Assembly (NCBI GenBank): GCA_963709995.1
Contig: CAVPYN010000011.1
Coordinates: forward strand, 15,829 to 79,828
Length of the DNA stretch: 64,000 nucleotides
Reading direction: 5' to 3'
Source: an uncultured Chloroflexia bacterium
GTDB lineage: Bacteria; Chloroflexota; Chloroflexia; Thermomicrobiales; CFX8
Within the stretch, counting starts at the first letter, position 1. Every line of letters begins with the position of its first letter. Of this stretch, positions 47,513 to 56,766 are shown piece by piece. The notes under the pieces were generated by a model. That model was not told where the DNA came from. It worked only from the letters and a program-made list of their open reading frames with translations, and ran no database searches. The position numbers and the translations under genes were made by a program.

Positions 47513-47842
47513 CTCACACCGCCTGCCTTTGCCAATCTGGGAGGTGTCCGATAGGGAACAGAATACACGATTAGAACAAATGTGCGCAATAGTCTCGGAC
47601 ATCGTGCAGATCAGCTCATCACTCTCGAGGCAAGTGAGGACACCCGCGAGCTTGCCACTTCATGTCACGGTAGCGCCATCGCCTCGCTTATTGATCCGGC
47701 TGAGGTGTTCGCTCAACTCTCTCCATAAGCCTGTTGCGGTCGTCGTCTCATTGCTCATCCCGTGGCTATCAACGCGAGATACACTCTTTGCAACCTGACC
47801 GCGTTGTGTTTTGGCACAGCCGGACGCCTCCGGTCGAGAAAC

Positions 47843-47876
47843 GAGAGAGCCGCGGCACCGGTGCCCCGGCTCTCTC
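47843..47876 (-). terminator. Long GC hairpin downstream of the ABC-2 transporter operon
   Basis: GAGAGAGCCG pairs with CGGCTCTCTC around the inner palindrome GGCACCGGTGCC. On the minus strand it is followed by GUUUCU. It lies 19 nt after the permease stop. Confidence 0.6.
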
Positions 47877-47894
47877 GCTGCCCTGGCTCGCCAC

Positions 47895-48753
47895 TTAGCC
47901 CGACCGCTTGAGGCGGCCGGTGCGCTTGGCGTAGCGCTCGAAGTAACCGAAGATAGCCATCCCTAGCGGAATCGAGACGATCGCGATCAGGCCGAGTGCG
48001 GCAAGGTCTCCGGTCAGGTCAGAAACCGGCGCACCGTCGAGGATTGCCGACCGCATCGCCTCCAGCACATAGGTAGCTGGCGAGATGGTCGAGAGCGTCT
48101 GCATCCAGCCCGGCAAGACTGAAATCGGGTAATAGACACCCGAAACGAGCAGCAGGATTGACGAGATGATGAAGGTCATCTGCTCGCCCTTCTCCGGGAA
48201 GAGCAGTGGCAGCACCGCGCCAACAATCCCGAATCCGATGAATGAGAAGCTCCCAACGGCAATCACCAACGCCGCCGCGGGCAGATTCGCTTCCGCAAGA
48301 CTGATCTCGGGAAAGAAGGCGGCCAGTACAAGAAACAGCACCGTCGACCGGATCAGCCCGTAGAGAATCGCAAAGAGCGACATCCCGAACAGGTGGGTCG
48401 TCCTTGAGACGGGCGCCATCATCGTGTACTCGATCGTGCCTTCCCAGCGCTCCCAGGCAACCGTCTCGGCCACGTTCATGAAGACCGAGTTGAGATAACC
48501 CCAGACCAGCGTCCCGATCGCCAGGAAGAGGATCAGCTGGTTGGTGTCGCCTTCCTGTGACGCGCCGATGAACATGATCGAGAGCGACGACGCCGCGGTG
48601 TAAACGAGGAAGGCAATGCTCCCAGCCCCAGTACCGCTTCGTCAGGTAGAAGTTGCGCTCGACAAAGGCCAGAGCCGCCTTGCTCTCGCGCGCCACAACC
48701 CTGTGGGGCGCACGCGATTCCGTCCCCGGAGTCGCGGTTGGTATGTATGACAT
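47895..48753 (-). CDS. ABC-2 type transporter permease with one frame break near 48615
   Basis: The N-terminus MSYIPTATPGTESRAPHRVVARESKAALAFVERNFYLTKRYWGWE is in ORF 48019..48783. The remaining ~226 aa (six TM helices, ...WERWEGTIEYTMMAPVSR...) are in ORF 47895..48575. Confidence 0.75.
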
Positions 48754-48871
48754 CTTGGTTCCTTCACTTTCTTTGCGGCACACCGTTGGGCCGCTTCTGA
48801 TTCATCGATGCGCGCCAGCGAAGCACGTTCCGACTTCGGACCGTTGAAGCGGTCCATTCCATGGCATTGCT

Positions 48872-49828
48872 CTACGCCACGCCCGCCATCTCTTTCTCCT
48901 CAACCAGTTCATGGCCGGTGAGGGCCATGTAGACATCCTCGAGGGTCGGATTGAACAGGCCATCACGACCCCGCACCTGCGCCTTCAACTCGTCGACCGT
49001 TCCAGTTGCAACGATCCGACCGTGGTCCATAATCGCGATCCGGTCGCAAAGTTGTTCGGCTTCATCCATATCGTGCGAGCAGATCAACACCGTGGCATCG
49101 TGTTGATCGCGCAGATCGAGCACAAAGCGCTGAACGTCCTTCTTCGAGCGCGGGTCGAGCCCGGTCGTCGGCTCATCGAGCAAAAGCAGAACCGGCGATG
49201 TCAAGAACGCCCGGGCAATCGCCACTTTCTGCTGCATACCTCTCGACATCGTCTCCAGCGGCACCGTAATGCGATCTTCTGGGATGCCGAGGTCGACGAG
49301 TATTCGCTTGATGTCTCGACGCAGTTCCGATCCGCCTCGTCCGTAGAGGCGCGACGAGTACAGCAGGTTCTCCATCGGCGAGAGTTTCTTGAAGAAGGAC
49401 GCTTCGACTGATACTCGATTGATCAGCCGCTTGACCTCTGCTTCGTCGTCTCGGACATCGTTTCCGAAGACAGTGATCCGTCCCTCGTCAGCTATCAGCA
49501 GGGTTGAGATCAACCGCACGAGCGTCGACTTGCCGCTACCATTTGCGCCGAGAATCCCAAAGATCTCATTCTCGTGGACTTCAAACGAGACATCATCGAG
49601 CGCCCGGACGATTTTGGCGGCCGGTTGCTCGCGTCGCCGTATAGTCCAGCGACTGCCCGACCGTTTACCGCCGAACGACTTCGAGACTTGCTCGAAGCTA
49701 ACCGCTACGTCTCTTTTCTGTTGTGACACCATCATTGACATCTCTTCTTCCGATTCGCGCGCGTCCCTGTGATTCATCGCATTCGGTCTCGTTACTTCGA
49801 CATTTCCGCCTCTGTTCATCAGTTGCAT
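48872..49828 (-). CDS. ABC transporter ATP-binding protein (ABC-2/DrrA-like exporter subunit)
   Basis: Walker A GANGSGKST, signature MSRGMQQK and Walker B LLLLDEPTTGLD. ATG 49828 has GGAAGGAG 9 nt upstream; alternative starts lie at 49855 and 49741. Confidence 0.85.
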   Translation of the reverse strand: MQLMNRGGNVEVTRPNAMNHRDARESEEEMSMMVSQQKRDVAVSFEQVSKSFGGKRSGSRWTIRRREQPAAKIVRALDDVSFEVHENEIFGILGANGSGKSTLVRLISTLLIADEGRITVFGNDVRDDEAEVKRLINRVSVEASFFKKLSPMENLLYSSRLYGRGGSELRRDIKRILVDLGIPEDRITVPLETMSRGMQQKVAIARAFLTSPVLLLLDEPTTGLDPRSKKDVQRFVLDLRDQHDATVLICSHDMDEAEQLCDRIAIMDHGRIVATGTVDELKAQVRGRDGLFNPTLEDVYMALTGHELVEEKEMAGVA

Positions 49829-49874
49829 TGACGTCCGCTCCTTCCCGAGATCCATCCGGATCGGTCATAGGCAA

Positions 49875-50159
49875 CAAAAAACCGCGGGGCCGTTTCTGGT
49901 CCGCCCGCGGTTGGAAGGTCTCGCTATGTGAAGAAATTCTCAGCAGCGTCTCCTCCAATGTCGCACGGGCGTCGGGCGCACTCCGCCCCCGAACGGGCGC
50001 AGCTTGCCGTCGACGATCACGCCAACGGCCGGCCGGGCCAGCATCGTGTTAGCGGTGATGGTGCTGTTCACTCTCTGGCCGTTCCATCCGTGCGTACAGA
50101 CGTAACCGAAATACTTCTAGTCCATGGGGCAGTGTATGCCTGAAACTCGGACAAGTCAA
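49875..50159 (-). promoter_or_regulatory. Promoter-like element, ~250-nt GC-rich structured leader and intrinsic terminator directly upstream of the ABC-2 operon (candidate riboswitch/attenuator or sRNA)
   Basis: On the minus strand, TTGACT (50159-50154), a 17-nt spacer and TACACT (50136-50131). The hairpin ACCGCGGG/CCCGCGGT (49911-49881) is followed by U6 (49880-49875). The ABC ATPase SD begins ~35 nt further on. Confidence 0.5.
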
Positions 50160-50217
50160 GCCATCGGAGGCGGAACTTCGATGAATTCGTTGCAGAGATG
50201 CGGCTCTGCGAGGAGAT

Positions 50218-50713
50218 CTAAGGCGCCTCCTCGTCCCGCCAGACTAACACTTCGCCGCCCTGACCAAGCAGCACCGTTCCCGGGAACATACGCAAGCGCC
50301 ACCGCTCCAGGCGTAGCACAGCGAACTGATCGGTCAGCGGCCCTTCGGACCACATCGGGACGATCGACGGATCATAGCCAACGGGTTCAGGAGCCGATTC
50401 CAACAACTCCCAGGTCCGCTCGCCCGTCTCATTGTCCGTATAGAGACTCGCCCGGCGCTCGGCTGTGCAGGTATCGTGATTCGGCGACCAGTAGTTGCAT
50501 GAGGCAAACGGACTATGCCGCAGATGCGCCCGCTTGAGGGCTGTTGGAACGCGTGCCGATCCACCCGACGAGCGCGTCGCCTTCCCACTCCCAGATTGGA
50601 TGGAGTATCCGACTACGCGGCCGATCAAAGGGATCGATGGATGCTACGGTGCACCAGACAATGCGATGCGCCATCTCGACAGATGCCGGGCCAACCTGCG
50701 CGAGTTCCTGCAT
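50218..50713 (-). CDS. Pyridoxamine 5'-phosphate oxidase (PPOX/FMN-binding split-barrel) family protein with one frame break near 50535
   Basis: The N-terminal part is in ORF 50513..50713 (HRIVWCTVASIDPFDRPRSRILHPIWEWEGDALVGWIGTRSNSP). The C-terminal part is in ORF 50218..50628 (KRAHLRHSPFASCNYW...DQFAVLRLERWRLRMFPG). Confidence 0.6.
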
Positions 50714-50743
50714 CCTCTACCTCCCTAAAATTCCACCTCTTGA

Positions 50744-50773
50744 TTGACAATCACCATATTCATCGATTATTCT
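50744..50773 (+). promoter_or_regulatory. Sigma-70-like promoter of the metG leader
   Basis: TTGACA (50744-50749), then a 17-18 nt spacer, then TTATTCT (50767-50773). Confidence 0.5.
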
Positions 50774-50814
50774 ACGAACTCGACACCGCTCATCTGCGGT
50801 GGGCACCAGACATC

Positions 50815-51101
50815 AATAGCGTTGACGAGGAACACCATTCGGGCCCGACGACCCAGAGAGTCACTGTTGCTGGATAGTGGCGCGTTCGTCGATCGGTGAT
50901 GACCTCCGAGCTGCCCGGGCGAACGCCTCCAGCAGTAGTCCGGGCCGGTCCGTGGGATACCGTTACCAATCCCTGGCTGGCAACGATCCAGTCGCGGAGG
51001 CCGGAGGTCGCAAGGCACCGGTGAAGCCGGGTGGTACCGCGAGCGCTTCATCCCGAGGCCCCTCGCCCCAGGCGGGTGCAGGGCCTTGGGAATTGTTGTT
51101 T
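50815..51101 (+). promoter_or_regulatory. T-box riboswitch leader with an AUG (Met) specifier
   Basis: Stem I elements are UGACGAGGAA (K-turn side), CCAGAGAG (50853-50860) and the distal loop GUUGCUGGAU. The specifier context is GGUG-AUG-A-CCUCCGAGC (AUG at 50899-50901). The T-box sequence GGGUGGUACCGCG is at 51029-51041. The terminator helix CCCGAGGCCC/GGGCCUUGGG (51052-51090) is followed by AAUUGUUGUUU. Confidence 0.85.
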
Positions 51102-51266
51102 AAGGGATCAGGGAACAGTAGCAAGGTTGTAGATATGGATAAGGACGTAGTTTGTAGTTTCTGATCCAGGAGGCTTACATGACGGCACCTGGTCTTCCTA
51201 CAAACTACCATCTACTCACTACAAACTTGCCCCGCCACTCATCCCTCGCTCGAAAGGAGCGTTACC

Positions 51267-52835
<1,569 letters not shown>

Positions 52836-52843
52836 CCAACAAT

Positions 52844-52877
52844 GCCAGTTCCGGGGGAGCATCCTCCCGGAACTGGC
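52844..52877 (+). terminator. Hairpin terminator after metG
   Basis: GCCAGTTCCGGGGG agcatc CCTCCCGGAACTGGC forms a 14-bp stem (one G-U pair) 9 nt after the stop. Confidence 0.65.
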
Positions 52878-52995
52878 TAACTGGCATCACATATTCCTAG
52901 CGCTAGACTTGACCATCTCACCGGGATCGATCCAGCGGCAATTTGGCCCACCACCAGTTCAAGCGCTGGCATCAACGAATGCTCGGATCAAGGCG

Positions 52996-54480
52996 ATGAA
53001 CGACGAATCAGTACCCTACGATCAACAACAAGGTGCGCGCGAAATCCAGGAGCAACCCCACATCCTGCTGCGATTGGCGGAGAACTCCCTGACCGTCGCT
53101 GACAGCCTCAGAAACAACTACTTTCGCAACACCGCCACCTTCGTCTCCCACTTGCGCCGGGCGATCGAAGCCGCCGGGGCCGGTCAGCGGCCCGAATCGC
53201 CGCTGGGCACCTTTCCCGCCGATCGTCTGGGCTGGGACGACGTTCGCGATGAGGTTGTCACTTTCATCGACGGCGGCGTCGGTCAGGTGCAACTCTCAGG
53301 TCTGGTTCCGATCCTCCTGAGAGTCGGCTCCTACGCCGTGCGCACCGGAGAGCGCGACCTGGCGAAGCGCGAACAATTCGGCTACTACCCGATGATTCTC
53401 GGCGACATCGAGGGCGGCAGCCGGGAGCGACGCGACTTTGTCGACATCGTGCGGATCACCGCCGAATTGCTGGCCGCACTGTCGGCCCTGGACCGCACCC
53501 CGGACCTCCGGGTGCTGATGTTGCATGGCCCGCTCGTCTACCAGGTCGGGCTCTACGCCGGTCATGCGCCCTTCACCGAACGCGACATCGATTTGTTCCT
53601 TCATCACTACGCGAGTCAGCCGGATCTTGGCCCAAGGCTGAAAGAGGACTTCTACCGGGAGGCGGCGGTTGAGATCTATCCCAGGCTACTGGAGTATCCG
53701 GATGCCTGGAGCCAGAACCGCCTGGCTGAACCGCTCTCCTGGATCGCCTTTCTCTATCGCAGGCTGATCGCGAAGGCGCTGGAACGCGACCCTGTCCCGA
53801 TCATCGTTGGCGTCGTCGAGCGCGGGCGTTCGCGAGAGTTCATCGAGCAGATCATGCTGGAGCGGGTGTTTCGGGGGCTACGCGCAAACCGGAATACCGG
53901 CTACTTTAACGAGATGTTTGGCCGGACCGATCTCACGACGCCGAAGAAGCTGGTCGATCGCCTGGGCTACAGCGATGAACTCCTGCTCGGGATGCTGATG
54001 GATCCTGGCAGCTACTCGGAACCGTGGACGAGTGATAAGTATTCAGGGCTCCGCATAAGGAGCGTGCCGTCGCCGGATGAAGCGCGCAGCGATCAGGTCA
54101 ATTTCAAGCTGCTCGATCCCGCGATGCCGTTTGGCTTCCCGGAGGTTCGAGCGTCATACCTGCATGTCTCCCGGACAACCGAGCCGCTCAGGATCGAAGT
54201 CTTTCCGGCACTTGGCGCAGATCAGATCCACGATGCCGCGCAGCGCGTCCATCTTTACGCGCGCCTGCTCCCCGGCTATGGCTTCCCGGTCGGGCTCGAA
54301 ATCGCCGACAGATATGCGCGCGTGCCCGCCTGGCTCACCGACGCCTACGGCAAATTGATCCGCAAGCATATGAGCGCCAGCCTGATGAGCGGGGAAATTA
54401 GCGACGCCCAATTGCGCCAGATGCTCGTCCAGGCGATCTACATGACGCATCGCGACTGGCTTTTCCGACCAGACATTTAG
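52996..54480 (+). CDS. nurA: NurA-domain nuclease-like protein
   Basis: About 494 aa from MNDESVPY (the longest ORF starts at 52804, inside the metG terminator). NurA-like motifs appear in order: VTFIDGGVGQV, ITAELLAAL, VLMLHGPLVY, IIVGVVERGRSREF and GFPVGLEIADRYARV. It is coupled to the herA-like gene (9-nt gap). Confidence 0.65.
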   Translation: MNDESVPYDQQQGAREIQEQPHILLRLAENSLTVADSLRNNYFRNTATFVSHLRRAIEAAGAGQRPESPLGTFPADRLGWDDVRDEVVTFIDGGVGQVQLSGLVPILLRVGSYAVRTGERDLAKREQFGYYPMILGDIEGGSRERRDFVDIVRITAELLAALSALDRTPDLRVLMLHGPLVYQVGLYAGHAPFTERDIDLFLHHYASQPDLGPRLKEDFYREAAVEIYPRLLEYPDAWSQNRLAEPLSWIAFLYRRLIAKALERDPVPIIVGVVERGRSREFIEQIMLERVFRGLRANRNTGYFNEMFGRTDLTTPKKLVDRLGYSDELLLGMLMDPGSYSEPWTSDKYSGLRIRSVPSPDEARSDQVNFKLLDPAMPFGFPEVRASYLHVSRTTEPLRIEVFPALGADQIHDAAQRVHLYARLLPGYGFPVGLEIADRYARVPAWLTDAYGKLIRKHMSASLMSGEISDAQLRQMLVQAIYMTHRDWLFRPDI

Positions 54481-54489
54481 GAGAGACTT

Positions 54490-56250
54490 GTGCGGGACAG
54501 CAGAACAAGCAGCGACAACGGCGCCATCCAGTACGTCGGCGCCATCATCGGCGAAAGCACAAGCCGCGAATTCCGGCTCGCGATCGCCCACGAGGCCGTT
54601 CGAGAGCAGGACATCATCGCGGTCGACGTCGCCTTCCAATCGACCGAACAACGTCCCGACCCGGAGACGCTAAGAGTTTGGGCAAAGGTCCAGTGCATCG
54701 AGCGCCTGAATCCACTCTTCCCAACCGAAGCCGGGCATGAACTGGCCGGCAGCATGACCAATCCATTCGATACCGTCGTCTCGCTCAGCCGCGAGATGGT
54801 CACGACTGTCTGCCAGGTGCTTGGCTCGGAATCACTCACCGGCGGTCGGGCCCAGCGGCTCAGCAGCCTGCGCTACCCGCCCCAACCGGTGTCTCAGGCC
54901 TATCGCCCGCCAACCGCCGATATCAAGCGGGTTTTGATCGGCGAGCTGGCTGAGAATCAGGGACGCTCCCTTGACATCGCGACGCTCTCAACGCGGAATG
55001 ACATCGACGTTGCGGTTGATGGACACGCCATCGTCACCCGCCACCTGGCAATCCTGGCGATGACCGGCGCTGGCAAGAGCTGGGCGGCGCGTCGGATCAT
55101 CGAGGAACTCGCCGCCAAGAACTACCCGATCGTCATTTTCGACCCGCATGGCGACTATACGGGGCTAGCAGAAGTGCCAGGACTCCAGGGACGCGTACAG
55201 CTCATTCGTGCCCAATTGCCCATATTCGATGAGTCCGCGGAGAACGCACGCCTGATAGTTGAAGGCCTTGCAGCTGAGTCAATGTCGTCACCGCAGATAG
55301 ACGGATTCAATACGCTATTTGCTGCATCGTCCAAGATGCTCAACGAAAGATCCCGTCGGTCCACCACGCTTCAGGAACTTCTATTCGAAATCACTGGTAA
55401 CGACAATATCAGGAAATTCGGACTTAACCGAGACCTCTTTGCTCTCAGTTACATTGCAGAAGCGACAAACGCGGCAAGGCGAACCGGCGCGAATGCCTCG
55501 TGGACTACCCGTCTCGCTGAACTCGGATTCAATCGGATCTCGAGCATTCGGCCCCAACAAGCAGATAGCTTTCGAGTACTCTCCAGGCAACTCCGAGCGG
55601 CTGCATTCGAACTTCGTGGAATCGAACAGATCAATGAACACAGTTCACCGAAAGGAAGCAGGCCGTTACCGGCCAACCGGCTGGACCTTGTTCAGCACGG
55701 ACAGATCACGGTGATCGGCATGGCCGGGTACCCCGACTCCTTGAAGGCGACCCAATTCGCACTATTGGCAAATCAGATCTTTCGGGCACGCATCGACGGC
55801 AAAGTTCGGTACCCCTTCATGTTCGTGTTGGAGGAGGCACACAACTTCGTGCCCGCTCAGTCGGACGACATCGGTGTTCAGCGCTCAATCGCGGTCACCA
55901 AGCAGATCGCGCAAGAAGGTCGCAAGTTCAACATCGGACTTCTCCTCATCAGCCAGCGACCGTCCAGGCTCGACGAAACGACCCTGGCGATGTGCAACTC
56001 GTTCATCATCATGCGCATGATCAACCCAACCGACCAGCAGTTCGTCCGCAGGGTCATCGAGAGCCTGGGTGAGGACGAAGCTCGCCTGCTGCCGGATCTC
56101 GACGTTGGCGAAGCGATTCTCTCGGGCCAGATGGTCAACTTCCCGGTGCTTGTCAAGATGAAGGAACCTGCCTCCCGAGGAGAGCGCGAGGAGGAAGACG
56201 CGTTCGAGGTCCTGAGAAAGGCCCATACGCCTAGCATGCCGCCTCGTTAG
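54490..56250 (+). CDS. herA: HerA-like hexameric ATPase/translocase (DUF87/FtsK-HerA superfamily)
   Basis: 586 aa. AGGAGAG lies 4 nt before GTG 54490. There is an N-terminal HAS-barrel-like region, Walker A LAMTGAGKSW, IVIFDPHGDY, Walker B FMFVLEEAHNF and LLLISQRPS. Confidence 0.85.
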   Translation: MRDSRTSSDNGAIQYVGAIIGESTSREFRLAIAHEAVREQDIIAVDVAFQSTEQRPDPETLRVWAKVQCIERLNPLFPTEAGHELAGSMTNPFDTVVSLSREMVTTVCQVLGSESLTGGRAQRLSSLRYPPQPVSQAYRPPTADIKRVLIGELAENQGRSLDIATLSTRNDIDVAVDGHAIVTRHLAILAMTGAGKSWAARRIIEELAAKNYPIVIFDPHGDYTGLAEVPGLQGRVQLIRAQLPIFDESAENARLIVEGLAAESMSSPQIDGFNTLFAASSKMLNERSRRSTTLQELLFEITGNDNIRKFGLNRDLFALSYIAEATNAARRTGANASWTTRLAELGFNRISSIRPQQADSFRVLSRQLRAAAFELRGIEQINEHSSPKGSRPLPANRLDLVQHGQITVIGMAGYPDSLKATQFALLANQIFRARIDGKVRYPFMFVLEEAHNFVPAQSDDIGVQRSIAVTKQIAQEGRKFNIGLLLISQRPSRLDETTLAMCNSFIIMRMINPTDQQFVRRVIESLGEDEARLLPDLDVGEAILSGQMVNFPVLVKMKEPASRGEREEEDAFEVLRKAHTPSMPPR

Positions 56251-56743
56251 CAGGGAAGACGTTCAGGCAACTCTACGGCAAAATGTTCGCATACGCGCCA
56301 CACATCCATCCGGTCAATCTCATCCGGTTCACAACCGAGATGGGTCTGGATCTGGAGCTCGGGAGTCAGGCAACGAACCGGTCAACCGGCAATGCGCCCA
56401 CAGCCGTTGAGGGCCTTGACCTCACAGACAAAAAAGGGCCGCTCGGCAATTGCTGGTGGGCAAAACCGGAACCGTCGAAGCGCATCGGATGGAAATCGAT
56501 CCGGCGATCGCCCGGAACAAGCAAGACGAATCGGGTTGGCGTTTCATCCACATGAAGCCGGTAGCTCAGCGCTGTCAACGCGCTTCTCACCGCCTCCATC
56601 TGATCGAAGTCGATCTCCAGGTCAAGATCATCGTGCGGGCGCGTCTGCTCCTCGAGCAGCGCATCAACACCCCAACCGCCATCGACCGACACAAAGCATT
56701 GAGCGTCCTGCAGACACGCGAGAACGTCGGCGGCTTTCATCAC
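56247..56743 (-). pseudogene. ANT(2'')/Lnu-type nucleotidyltransferase, decayed (one frameshift in a T6 run plus one in-frame TGA)
   Basis: The N-terminus VSVDGGWGVDALLEEQTRPHDDLDLEID resembles ANT(2'')-Ia (WIGGGWAIDARLGRVTRKHDDIDL). After the homopolymer at 56430-56435 the family-like sequence continues in another frame: ...GCGRIAG*PVRCLTPELQ... The TGA at 56382-56384 falls where ANT(2'')-Ia has Arg (IAGRPVRC). Confidence 0.65.
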
Positions 56744-56766
56744 AATGACCAGGACATCTGAAGTGA

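Noticed and set aside
39167-47800. A prophage or integrative element with integrase/transposase in the low-GC patches
   Set aside because: No ORF in any frame shows integrase, recombinase or transposase motifs, and no tRNA attachment site is present. Only indirect signs of insertion exist (composition, relic gene ends).
49928-50143. ORF 49928..50143(+), and a minus-strand 34-43 codon ORF (..MLARPAVGVIVDGKLRPFGGG..) as a small peptide/RiPP precursor next to the ABC-2 exporter
   Set aside because: There is no SD or recognisable leader/core features. The ORFs overlap on both strands, as expected in GC-rich non-coding DNA. The region is kept only as a candidate regulatory RNA.
52909-52950. TTGACC at 52909 as the nurA promoter
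   Set aside because: No acceptable -10 hexamer lies at 16-19 nt spacing, so it is not reported as a feature.
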